A DNA stretch of 64,000 nt from positions 48,135 to 112,134 of the forward strand of contig JAVEZS010000004.1 of assembly GCA_034002885.1 (NCBI GenBank), read 5' to 3'. The notes under the pieces are model-generated. The model was given only the letters and a program-made list of their open reading frames with translations. It made no database searches and was not told the origin of the DNA. The translations under genes were made by a program, and so were the position numbers. The stretch is from Bacteroidales bacterium (GTDB lineage Bacteria > Bacteroidota > Bacteroidia > Bacteroidales > VadinHA17). Positions 9,820 through 18,582 of this stretch are shown here, piece after piece (within the stretch, counting starts at the first letter, position 1; the number at the start of each line of letters is the position of its first letter).

Positions 9820-10468
9820 CGCCTTTTTTACCCTTTCTTATGAATCTTGACTCCTCGCCGGAGAGGAGTCTTTTTATATTCTTTCTGTGTGTAATTATCA
9901 AAGCTGCTGCCACAATGAAAGAGAATACCTTAAGTACAAGTGACGGCGTGTTGAAGAATGAGAGAAGAAGAAGGGGAAAGGCGAGCCCGGCGCTCATTGA
10001 GGCAACTGATACGTAACCGCTGATCAGAAGGATCAGCAGAAATACTCCGAGACATGCCAGCGTCACAGGCGCGTGTATTCCTATCATCACTCCTGTTATT
10101 GTTGCTACCCCCTTGCCACCCCTGAAACCTGCAAATACAGGAAAGATGTGTCCTGTCACGGCTGCAATCCCGGCGGCAATCTGGAGGTTTGTCAGAAGTG
10201 CCGATCCGTCACTTGCAAGGCTGAGAAAGACAGGAAGCATTGCGGCCAGCCAGCCTTTGAACATATCGAGGAAGAGCACCGGGACCCCTGTCTTCCATCC
10301 TAGTACTCTTATTACGTTTGTTGCGCCGGCGTTACCGCTTCCATGCTCACGCACATCAATGCCATGGAATAATTTGCCCGCCCAGACAGAGGTGGCAAGT
10401 GATCCGAGGAGGTAAGCTCCTGCCAGCGTAATTATTATCCTGAGAAGATCCATTTTTTCTATGATCAT
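9758..10468 (-). CDS. plsY: Glycerol-3-phosphate acyltransferase PlsY
   Basis: [14 protein letters not shown] and GGKGVAT motifs with a multi-TM profile. 4-nt overlap with the pckA stop. The 3' end overlaps the convergent M48 gene by 62 nt. Confidence 0.88.
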   Translation of the reverse strand: MIIEKMDLLRIIITLAGAYLLGSLATSVWAGKLFHGIDVREHGSGNAGATNVIRVLGWKTGVPVLFLDMFKGWLAAMLPVFLSLASDGSALLTNLQIAAGIAAVTGHIFPVFAGFRGGKGVATITGVMIGIHAPVTLACLGVFLLILLISGYVSVASMSAGLAFPLLLLSFFNTPSLVLKVFSFIVAAALIITHRKNIKRLLSGEESRFIRKGKKGVSTAPEAGSSSPQEDESQKD

Positions 10469-12084
10469 ATTTTTGGCCCGAATTCGGCAAGCTTTGCAGT
10501 TTCTTCGTTGGAAGCGAATTTGCTGAAATTATTGATGAACTTCAGGGCGAGATCGGTGGCAGCAAGATGCCACTTAACCCGCGACTCCCATGCCTCCGAT
10601 GGGTCAGGAATAGAGCTTCTGACCCCCCTGATCTTTTCAGGTATGCTGAGGTTAAATACCGGGAGGTTCATAAAATCGCTTTCCTTTATTGAATCATCAA
10701 GAATAGCGTTGATTATTGTTCTTGTAGTGGGAAGATCGATTCTGGTTCCTATTCCATAGGGTCCGCCTGTCCAGCCAGTGTTAACAAGCCAGGCATCGGC
10801 TCCGTGCTCCTTCATTTTGCGGGTAAGCTCATTTGCATAAATTATAGGATCGAGAAGTAGGAAAGCAGCACCGAAACATGCCGAGAAGGAAGGCACCGGC
10901 TCTATTATGCCTCTCTCAGTACCTGCTACCTTTGCAGTATAGCCGCTGAGGAAATAGTACCTTGTCTGTTCAGCTGTAAGATGGCTTACTGGGGGTAATA
11001 CGCCGAAAGTATCGGCTGTGAGGAAAATAACTTTCCTTGCGTGACCAGCCTTTGAGACCGGCTTGACGATGTTCTTTATGTGGTAAATGGGATAAGAGAC
11101 CCTTGTGTTTTCTGTTTTTGTGTCATCATTGAAATCTATTGTTCCGTCGGAATGGACAACAAGATTCTCAAGAAGGGCGTCGCGCTGTATTGCATCGTAG
11201 ATGTCAGGCTCATTTTTCCTGCTGAGTTTTATGCACTTGGCATAACATCCGCCTTCGAAATTAAAAATGCCGTCATCGTCCCAGCCATGTTCGTCATCAC
11301 CTATCAGTGCACGGTCGGGGTCGGTCGACAGGGTTGTCTTTCCCGTTCCCGACAGACCGAAGAATATTGCAACGTCATTGTTTTTCCCGACGTTGGCGGA
11401 ACAGTGCATGGCGGCAATTCCTTTCAGGGGCAGGTAATAATTCATTACTGAAAAAATGCCTTTCTTCATCTCTCCTCCGTACCAGGTTCCTCCAATAACC
11501 GACATACCTGCTGAAAGGTTAAAGAAAACGAAGTTTTCAGAATTAAGCCCCTGCTTTTTCCAGTCGGGATTTGTTGCCTTGGAGGCATTGAGCACCACAA
11601 ACTGTGGTTCAAATTCATCCATTTCCCTTTCATCAGGCCTGATGAACATATTCTTCACAAAATGAGCCTGCCACGCCACCTCAAGGATAAAGCGCACTGC
11701 CAGCCTTGAATTCTTGTTCGCTCCGCAGAAACAATCCACAACAAAAAGTCTTTTCCCTGAAAGCTGGTGCGCGGCTATGTTTCTGCAATGCTCCCATATT
11801 TCGAGAGAGATAGGCTTGTTATCTGATATCTTCGCCTTTTCCGACTTCCACCATACCGTTTCACGTGTAGTGTCGTCGAGTACCACATATTTGTCGGCCG
11901 GCGAGCGTCCTGTAAAGACTCCTGTATCGACAGCTACAGCTCCTGACCTGGTTATGATACCTTTCTCGTAACCTTCCAGCCCTGGTTTTGTCTCTTCGGC
12001 AAAGAGCAGGTTATACGAAGGATTGTAAATTATCTCCTGTACGTTTTCTATACCGTACTTCTTCAGATCGTCAGTAGTAACCAT
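10465..12084 (-). CDS. pckA: Phosphoenolpyruvate carboxykinase (ATP)
   Basis: [11 protein letters not shown] kinase-1a loop and [23 protein letters not shown] match ATP-dependent PEPCK. Start trimmed to ATG 12084 ([12 protein letters not shown]). Confidence 0.95.
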   Translation of the reverse strand: MVTTDDLKKYGIENVQEIIYNPSYNLLFAEETKPGLEGYEKGIITRSGAVAVDTGVFTGRSPADKYVVLDDTTRETVWWKSEKAKISDNKPISLEIWEHCRNIAAHQLSGKRLFVVDCFCGANKNSRLAVRFILEVAWQAHFVKNMFIRPDEREMDEFEPQFVVLNASKATNPDWKKQGLNSENFVFFNLSAGMSVIGGTWYGGEMKKGIFSVMNYYLPLKGIAAMHCSANVGKNNDVAIFFGLSGTGKTTLSTDPDRALIGDDEHGWDDDGIFNFEGGCYAKCIKLSRKNEPDIYDAIQRDALLENLVVHSDGTIDFNDDTKTENTRVSYPIYHIKNIVKPVSKAGHARKVIFLTADTFGVLPPVSHLTAEQTRYYFLSGYTAKVAGTERGIIEPVPSFSACFGAAFLLLDPIIYANELTRKMKEHGADAWLVNTGWTGGPYGIGTRIDLPTTRTIINAILDDSIKESDFMNLPVFNLSIPEKIRGVRSSIPDPSEAWESRVKWHLAATDLALKFINNFSKFASNEETAKLAEFGPKI

Positions 12085-12114
12085 GTTTGGCAGTTTGAAT
12101 AGGTAATGAGTATT

Positions 12115-12122
12115 CAAATTTA
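12115..12122 (-). promoter_or_regulatory. Candidate -7 promoter box (TAnnTTTG) for pckA
   Basis: The plus strand reads CAAATTTA, which is TAAATTTG on the minus strand, 31 nt upstream of ATG 12084. It lies inside the longer ORF-track start, which supports the trimmed start. Confidence 0.35.
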
Positions 12123-12221
12123 TCAATTATGTTGAAAATATCTTATTAACAGCAGGGGAAAATACCCCTGGCGGGTCTTAAAGAAGGTCTGGTTAACCGC
12201 AATAATGTTTTGGGCAGGTAT

Positions 12222-12252
12222 GAAAAGAAAAGGGCACCGCAAAGGGTGCCCT
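12222..12252 (-). terminator. Rho-independent terminator of ppdK
   Basis: On the minus strand, AGGGCACC-CTTTGC-GGTGCCCT forms an 8-bp GC-rich stem followed by TTTTCTTTTC, 34 nt after the ppdK stop. Confidence 0.8.
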
Positions 12253-12285
12253 TTATTGATTAATAAGCCTGAAATTGAAGCAGAT

Positions 12286-15015
12286 TTACTGTTTGCCGTA
12301 TTTAATTGAAGCCTGCGCAGCTGCCAGACGAGCTATCGGAACCCTGAAGGGTGAGCAGCTTACATAGGTAAGACCTGTTTTAAAGCAGAACTCCACCGAA
12401 GCGGGATCACCACCCTGTTCGCCGCAAATTCCGACTTTAAGATCGGGCCTTGTTGCGCGTCCTCTCTCAACCGACATCTGAATAAGCTGTCCCACGCCTT
12501 CCTGATCAATTGTCTGGAAAGGATCTGATGGAAGCATTTTCTTGTCGAGATAATCATGCAGGAATCCTCCGATATCGTCGCGGCTGAATCCGAAGGTCAT
12601 CTGAGTAAGGTCGTTTGTACCGAAAGAGAAGAATTCGGCTGTTTTTGCCATACGGTCGGAAAGAAGTGTTGCACGCGGGATCTCAATCATGGTGCCGTAT
12701 TTGTAGTCAATCTTCTTAAGGCCCGATTTCTTGCATACTTCCTCATATATTGCGTCGACCACTTTCTTTGTCACTTCAAGTTCTGAAACGTCGCATGTAA
12801 CCGGAACCATCAGTTCGGGCTTGGGATGTTTCTTTTCCTTGAGAAGATCGGCCGTAGCTTCAAACATCGCGCGAACCTGCATCTCGGTAATCTCAGGATA
12901 TGTTATTCCAAGACGGACACCGCGGTGGCCCATCATCGGGTTGCTCTCATGGAGAGCCTCGCCGCGTTTTACAATGTCCGATTTCTTAATGCCCAGAGCT
13001 TTGGCAAGTTCTGCCTGTTTGTCGGAGCTCTGAGGAACGAATTCATGGAGGGGAGGATCAAGAAGCCTGAAAGTTACTGGCATACCGTCCATGGCCTCGA
13101 GGGTGGCCTTCATATCCTTCTTGACATATTTGTACAGCTCGTTGAGTGCTTTCCTGCGCTCTGATTCATTTGCGCTCAGGATCATTTTACGGAGAAGGAA
13201 AAGAGGCTGTTCCGAATTCTTTCCATAGAACATATGTTCCGTACGGAAGAGTCCAATACCTTCAGCACCGAAATCACGTGCAATTTTTGCATCTTCTGCA
13301 GTGTCGGCATTGGTACGGACACCCATTTTACGGAATTTGTCTACAAGCTTCATAAAGTTTCTGAAGCGGGGATTTTCGGATGCGTCCATAAGGCCTATAG
13401 CTCCGACGTAAACGTTTCCTTTGGTTCCGTTAAGCGTTATAACATCACCTTCCTTGAGAACAATGTCGGTACCTGCTACTTTTGCCTTCTTCCCTGTTGT
13501 ATCGACGTGAAGACCTCCTGCACCTACGATACAGCATTTTCCCCAGCCGCGTGCAACAAGTGCAGCGTGCGATGTCATTCCGCCGCGAGCGGTCAGAATA
13601 CCCTCAGCAGCTCTCATTCCTTCAACATCTTCGGGATTGGTTTCTTCGCGGACAAGGATAACCTTGTGCCCTTTGCGGTTCCATGCAACAGCATCTTCAG
13701 CAGTGAAAACAATTTTTCCTACTGCAGCGCCAGGACCGGCGGGAAGACCTTTGACAACTGGTTTTACTTTCTTCTCTGCTGCTGGGTCGCAGATCGGATG
13801 AAGAAGCTCGTCAAGCTGAGCCGGGTCGACGCGCATAACGGCTGTCTTTTCGTCAATGAGTTTTTCATGAAGCATGTCCATTGCCATATTAAGGGCAGCA
13901 GTTCCTGTCCTTTTTCCTGCACGGCACTGAAGCATATAAAGAGTACCTTCCTGGATGGTAAATTCGATGTCTAGCATGTCATGGAACGACTTCTCAAGGA
14001 TGTTGCGTATTTCACTAAGTTCCTTGTATGTCGAAGGCATAGCTTCCTGCATGCTGTGCAGATGCTTGTTCTGCTCGTTCTTTGTCTCATCGTTAAGAGG
14101 GCTCGGTGTGCGGATACCGGCAACCACGTCTTCTCCCTGTGCGTTGACAAGCCACTCGCCATAGAAGAGGTTATCTCCTGTTGCGGGGTTACGGGTGAAA
14201 GCAACTCCTGTTGCCGAACTGTCTCCCATATTTCCGAATACCATTGCCTGTACGTTTACTGCTGTACCCCAGTCATCGGGAATTCCTTCAATCCTGCGGT
14301 ATGAAACAGCTTTCTTCCCGTTCCAGCTTTTGAAGACAGCCTTGATACTTCCTTCGAGCTGCTCCCTTGCGTCATCAGGGAAAGGCTTGCCAAGTACCTG
14401 CTTGACTTTCTTCTTGAATTTTTCAGACAGGTCCTTGAGTTCATCAGCACTGATTTCAGTATCTGATTTGTATCCTTTCGAATGCTTGAACTGATCAAGC
14501 ATTTCATCAAGCTGCTTGCGGATTCCTTTTCCTTCACCAAGGTCAATACCTTCAGCCTTCTCCATTACCACGTCGGCGTACATCATTATAAGACGACGGT
14601 ATGAGTCCCACACAAAACGGGGATTGTCTGTTTTCTTCAGGAAACCGGGTATTGTTGCGGTGCAAAGACCAATGTTGAGAACAGTATCCATCATTCCGGG
14701 CATCGATTTGCGCGCACCCGAACGGCAGGAAACCAGAAGGGCATTTTCAGGATCACCATACTTCATTCCCATTCTTTCCTCTGTAACCTTCATTGCAGCC
14801 CAGACTTCAGGCATCAGGTCCTTTGGAAGAGTGCAATCGTTGGCGTAATATTCATTACAGGCATCGGTTGTGATAGTAAAACCGGCAGGAACAGGAAGTC
14901 CGAGGAGGCACATTTCTGCAAGGTTGGCACCTTTGCCCCCAAGTAGATTCTTCATCTCTGCTTTTCCTTCTGCAGTCTTGTTGCCAAAGGAATAAACTCT
15001 TTTAACTTTTGACAT
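12286..15015 (-). CDS. ppdK: Pyruvate, phosphate dikinase
   Basis: 909 aa. Includes an ATP-grasp N-terminus, the phosphohistidine swivel region (GGMTSHAALVARGWGK) and a PEP-utilising C-terminal TIM domain (FFSFGTNDLTQ). Confidence 0.97.
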   Translation of the reverse strand: MSKVKRVYSFGNKTAEGKAEMKNLLGGKGANLAEMCLLGLPVPAGFTITTDACNEYYANDCTLPKDLMPEVWAAMKVTEERMGMKYGDPENALLVSCRSGARKSMPGMMDTVLNIGLCTATIPGFLKKTDNPRFVWDSYRRLIMMYADVVMEKAEGIDLGEGKGIRKQLDEMLDQFKHSKGYKSDTEISADELKDLSEKFKKKVKQVLGKPFPDDAREQLEGSIKAVFKSWNGKKAVSYRRIEGIPDDWGTAVNVQAMVFGNMGDSSATGVAFTRNPATGDNLFYGEWLVNAQGEDVVAGIRTPSPLNDETKNEQNKHLHSMQEAMPSTYKELSEIRNILEKSFHDMLDIEFTIQEGTLYMLQCRAGKRTGTAALNMAMDMLHEKLIDEKTAVMRVDPAQLDELLHPICDPAAEKKVKPVVKGLPAGPGAAVGKIVFTAEDAVAWNRKGHKVILVREETNPEDVEGMRAAEGILTARGGMTSHAALVARGWGKCCIVGAGGLHVDTTGKKAKVAGTDIVLKEGDVITLNGTKGNVYVGAIGLMDASENPRFRNFMKLVDKFRKMGVRTNADTAEDAKIARDFGAEGIGLFRTEHMFYGKNSEQPLFLLRKMILSANESERRKALNELYKYVKKDMKATLEAMDGMPVTFRLLDPPLHEFVPQSSDKQAELAKALGIKKSDIVKRGEALHESNPMMGHRGVRLGITYPEITEMQVRAMFEATADLLKEKKHPKPELMVPVTCDVSELEVTKKVVDAIYEEVCKKSGLKKIDYKYGTMIEIPRATLLSDRMAKTAEFFSFGTNDLTQMTFGFSRDDIGGFLHDYLDKKMLPSDPFQTIDQEGVGQLIQMSVERGRATRPDLKVGICGEQGGDPASVEFCFKTGLTYVSCSPFRVPIARLAAAQASIKYGKQ

Positions 15016-15077
15016 ACTTCTATTAATTTGTGATAAACTTAATTTGTTTTAACCTGTTGATTTCTGAAAATAAGGTG

Positions 15078-15085
15078 CAAAGTTA
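15078..15085 (-). promoter_or_regulatory. Candidate -7 promoter box (TAnnTTTG) for ppdK
   Basis: The plus strand reads CAAAGTTA, which is TAACTTTG on the minus strand, 63 nt upstream of ATG 15015. Confidence 0.3.
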
Positions 15086-15121
15086 ACATTAAAAATTGAA
15101 TTTCTGAATAGAGTTGACTTT

Positions 15122-16021
15122 TCATGACCTGGGGTGAAACATTATCAGCGTGTCGCGCAGGAATGACCTGTCGATATGGGTGTAGATCTCCGTTGTTGTT
15201 ATTGATTCGTGGCCAAGCATCTCCTGGACTGCCCTCAGATCGGCACCTGCCTCTACCATGTGAGTTGCAAAGGAGTGGCGGAAAGTATGAGGACTGATCT
15301 TCTTCATTATGCCTGCCTTCCCGGCAAGATCCCTGACAATTGTAAAGATCATGGCCCGGGTGAGCCTTTTTCCCCTGCGGTTCAGGAAGATAATATTTTT
15401 GTCAATGATGACCGGAAGTCTGTTCCGGTCGATCCTGTAAAGATCGATCTCCTTCAGGGCTCTCCTTCCAATAGGGACAAGCCTCTGCTTGTCGCCCTTA
15501 CCTGTTACGACAACATAACCTCCGGAAGAATTTATGTCGGTCAGTTTAAGGCCTACAAGCTCCGAAACCCTTAATCCGCAACCGTAAAGAGTCTCTATAA
15601 TGGCCTTGTTCCTGTGTCCGTCGGGCCGGCTGAGGTCTATCGCCCCTACAATACTGTCGATCTCCCCCACTGTAAGTACTTCCGGAAGCTTAAGTCCCAG
15701 CCTGGGAGAATCGAGAAGCGACGATGGATTGTCCTTTATCTCTCCGTCGATGAGAAGAAAGCGGAAAAAAGCCCTGACAGATGAAAGAAGTCTTGCCTGT
15801 GTCCTGGCATTCAGATTTGACGATCCAAAATAGCTTATGAATTCCCTGAGACGGGAACCTGTTACAGTTGCAGGCCCTGTTTCCTTTGCCGTTTCCCTGA
15901 AGAACTCAGCAACCTTTTTCATATCGTTAAGATACCCTTCAATACTGTTTTCCGACAGTGATTTTTCGAGCCGGAGATAATTCTCAAAATTACGTAATGC
16001 TATTTCCCAGGTAAGAGTCAT
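15122..16021 (-). CDS. xerD: Site-specific tyrosine recombinase XerD
   Basis: SAM-like N-domain plus catalytic HTFRHSFATHM...LGHESITTTEIYTH with the tyrosine nucleophile. Housekeeping context next to aroQ. Confidence 0.85.
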   Translation of the reverse strand: MTLTWEIALRNFENYLRLEKSLSENSIEGYLNDMKKVAEFFRETAKETGPATVTGSRLREFISYFGSSNLNARTQARLLSSVRAFFRFLLIDGEIKDNPSSLLDSPRLGLKLPEVLTVGEIDSIVGAIDLSRPDGHRNKAIIETLYGCGLRVSELVGLKLTDINSSGGYVVVTGKGDKQRLVPIGRRALKEIDLYRIDRNRLPVIIDKNIIFLNRRGKRLTRAMIFTIVRDLAGKAGIMKKISPHTFRHSFATHMVEAGADLRAVQEMLGHESITTTEIYTHIDRSFLRDTLIMFHPRS

Positions 16022-16043
16022 AAGGTTGCTATCAGGGACTATG

Positions 16044-16051
16044 CAAAATTA
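16044..16051 (-). promoter_or_regulatory. Candidate -7 promoter box (TAnnTTTG) for xerD
   Basis: The plus strand reads CAAAATTA, which is TAATTTTG on the minus strand, 23 nt upstream of ATG 16021. Confidence 0.3.
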
Positions 16052-16157
16052 TAATTTCGGATAAAGATATCACCTTACCTTAAGCAGAATATGAAAATGA
16101 AGGTCCTTTCAGCTGATATTTTAACTATTTTTACAATCTGATAAAATCTATCAAGGG

Positions 16158-16595
16158 ATGAAAATTCAGATCATTAACGGGCCAAACCTGAATCTGTTAG
16201 GCACCAGGGAACCGGGAAAGTACGGGACAGTCCCCTTCGATGACTGCCTTTCAAAACTCAGGCTGCGATACCCCGGTGTTGAATTCGGCTATTTCCAGTC
16301 GAATATCGAAGGTGAGATAATTGACAATATACAACAGACTGGATTCTCGTGCGACGGAATAGTCCTCAATGCCGGTGGATACACTCATACCTCCGTATCG
16401 ATTGCTGATGCCGTAGCTTCAGTAAAAACCCCCGTAATAGAGGTGCATGTAACAAATGTCGCAGCCCGCGAGGAATTCCGGCACAACAGCCTGGTAGGAA
16501 GATTCTGCAGGGGTAGCATTCTGGGACTGGGGCTCGACGGTTACAGACTTGCAGTTGAAGCTATTATGGAAATCAACAGGAAGGAGACAACATGA
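16158..16595 (+). CDS. aroQ: Type II 3-dehydroquinate dehydratase
   Basis: INGPNLNLLGTREPGKYG...NAGGYTHTSVSIADA is the type II DHQase signature. Confidence 0.92.
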   Translation: MKIQIINGPNLNLLGTREPGKYGTVPFDDCLSKLRLRYPGVEFGYFQSNIEGEIIDNIQQTGFSCDGIVLNAGGYTHTSVSIADAVASVKTPVIEVHVTNVAAREEFRHNSLVGRFCRGSILGLGLDGYRLAVEAIMEINRKETT

Positions 16596-18025
16596 TAATA
16601 CGGAAAAGAACCAAAATAGTAGCCACAATATCCGATAAGAAATGCGAACCGGAATTTCTTGCCGGTCTTTTCAGGGAGGGCATGGATGTGGTCAGGATAA
16701 ACTCGGCTCATCTTAATACCGACGGAGCGCTGAAGATTATTAATAACGTAAGGCAGGTTTCCGACAGAATTGCAGTCCTGATTGATACGAAGGGCCCTGA
16801 AATAAGAACAACGGTGTGCCATTCGCCGATAGAGCTAAAGAAAGGTTCCTCAATTCTTATTAAAGGTGATCCTGAGGGAATTACAACCGATAAGGAGATA
16901 TGTGTGTCGTACCTTCACTTTGTTCGGGATGTACCCGGGGGTTCCGATATCCTTATTGACGACGGTGAAATAGAACTTAAGGCCATCAGGACGAAAGGTG
17001 ATTCTCTCGAATGCCTTGTTCTCAATGATTCTGTTCTTGGCTCGAGAAAAAGTGTAAATCTTCCCGGAATAAAGATCTGTCTTCCTTCCATAACGAAAAA
17101 AGACAGGGAATTCATAAAAATGGCGGCGGAAAACGGAGTGGACTTCATTGCTCATTCATTTGTCAGATCAAAACAGGATGTCCTGGATGTTCAGTCGCTC
17201 CTTGACGAATATAACAGTCAGATAAAGATTATTGCCAAGATCGAGAACGAAGAAGGCGTTGAAAATATAGATGAGATTCTTGAACATGTTTATGGAATAA
17301 TGGTGGCAAGGGGAGATCTTGCGATAGAGATTCCATATGAAAAGATTCCTGTGGTGCAGAAGATGATAATATCCAAATGCATAAACAGGAGAAAACCAGT
17401 TATCGTTGCAACGCAGATGCTCCATTCAATGATCGAAAATCCAAGGCCTACAAGGGCAGAGGTTAGCGATATTGCCAGTGCCATCTATTCGCAGACCGAC
17501 GCTGTAATGCTGAGCGGTGAGACCGCCAGCGGGAAATACCCTCTTGAAGCAGTAAAAACAATGACAAGGGTTGCCCTTGAGGTTGAAAGGAACAAGGAGA
17601 AATTTCTTGAGGTAGCTTCCTATCCGGTGACAGGTGAGATCTCCGCCTACCTGGCAAAGGTGGCTGTGAAAACAGCTGTCAGAATATCCGCTGTTGCAAT
17701 AATTGCAGATACAAGAGAAGGCAAAACCATCAAGGACATGGCTGCTTACAGAGGTTACAACCTTATACTCGCCCAGTGCTATCTTACAAGCACAATGCGC
17801 CAGCTTGCACTTTCCTATGGTGTCTATGCCAGCTGGCAGGAGAAAAAGAGCTCTGTGGATGACTTTTTGAAGATCGCGCTGACAGATCTTACCGACAAGA
17901 AGTTTCTGACGGAGGAAGAAGTCGTGGTAGTCCTTGCGGGTAACTTCTCTGGCGGGTCGGGATTCTCTTTTATAGAGGTGGGCACCGTCGGATACCTCAG
18001 GGACCGGGTCGATATTGTTGACTGA
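16592..18025 (+). CDS. pyk: Pyruvate kinase
   Basis: RKRTKIVATI, DTKGPEIRT and MVARGDLAIEIPYEKIP motifs. ATGA overlap with aroQ. Confidence 0.95.
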   Translation: MIIRKRTKIVATISDKKCEPEFLAGLFREGMDVVRINSAHLNTDGALKIINNVRQVSDRIAVLIDTKGPEIRTTVCHSPIELKKGSSILIKGDPEGITTDKEICVSYLHFVRDVPGGSDILIDDGEIELKAIRTKGDSLECLVLNDSVLGSRKSVNLPGIKICLPSITKKDREFIKMAAENGVDFIAHSFVRSKQDVLDVQSLLDEYNSQIKIIAKIENEEGVENIDEILEHVYGIMVARGDLAIEIPYEKIPVVQKMIISKCINRRKPVIVATQMLHSMIENPRPTRAEVSDIASAIYSQTDAVMLSGETASGKYPLEAVKTMTRVALEVERNKEKFLEVASYPVTGEISAYLAKVAVKTAVRISAVAIIADTREGKTIKDMAAYRGYNLILAQCYLTSTMRQLALSYGVYASWQEKKSSVDDFLKIALTDLTDKKFLTEEEVVVVLAGNFSGGSGFSFIEVGTVGYLRDRVDIVD

Positions 18026-18082
18026 TCAGGTTATTATGGTCTGATTTTTGAGGCTGTCTGTTGTCATAAAGCCAGTTTATTA

Positions 18083-18565
18083 ATGCTCATTAGCTTACTG
18101 TTTTCCATATTATTCGCAGTACATCCCGTTCATGTTTCTCTTTTGAGTCTCGATTACTCAAAAGAGAATGATATCTTTAGGATGTTTGTCAGGATTTATT
18201 TCGACGACTTCCTTCTCGATGCCGGTATTTCAGAGCAAAAAGGACTGACGCTTAATTTCGCCGGGGCGAACAATTACACTTCTGAAGTTGTTGAAAAGTA
18301 CGTTAATGAAAAAATCAGGATATTCGTGAACAGTAAACTTGTTCAGTCGAAAATTGAAAACATGGATCTTTCGGATAATGAACTTCGTTTGAATCTTACG
18401 GCAAAAGCAGGGGGGGGAATAAGGAGTATTACCGTCAGAAATCTGATAATGACTGCCCTTTATACTGATCAGGCAAATATGATTATAGTGAAAGTTGATG
18501 ATTTCGAGGAGGGAGCCAGGCTTACCCCGTATGAAACCGAGAAAACATTTGAAATTAAACATTAA
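18083..18565 (+). CDS. Hypothetical membrane-anchored/exported protein
   Basis: 160-aa ORF with an N-terminal hydrophobic segment followed by HPVHVSLLSL. From memory it resembles a Bacteroidota DUF family; this is unverified. Lies 17 nt upstream of the T9SS cargo gene. Confidence 0.5.
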   Translation: MLISLLFSILFAVHPVHVSLLSLDYSKENDIFRMFVRIYFDDFLLDAGISEQKGLTLNFAGANNYTSEVVEKYVNEKIRIFVNSKLVQSKIENMDLSDNELRLNLTAKAGGGIRSITVRNLIMTALYTDQANMIIVKVDDFEEGARLTPYETEKTFEIKH

Positions 18566-18582
18566 AGAGGAGATTATACCAG

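Noticed and set aside
13234-13974. 246-aa plus-strand ORF, plus several other 60-110-aa ORFs on both strands, inside the ppdK region
   Set aside because: They lie entirely antisense to or out of frame with a 909-aa ORF that shows unmistakable pyruvate phosphate dikinase motifs along its whole length. The translation is Cys/Ser/Phe-rich with no recognisable domain, as expected for the complement of a codon-biased gene.
15122-16021. Tyrosine recombinase as a possible marker of an integrated mobile element
   Set aside because: The sequence is XerD-like and sits in a housekeeping context (ppdK, aroQ, pyk). There are no flanking direct repeats, tRNA gene, excisionase or cargo genes, so I treat it as the chromosome-dimer resolvase.
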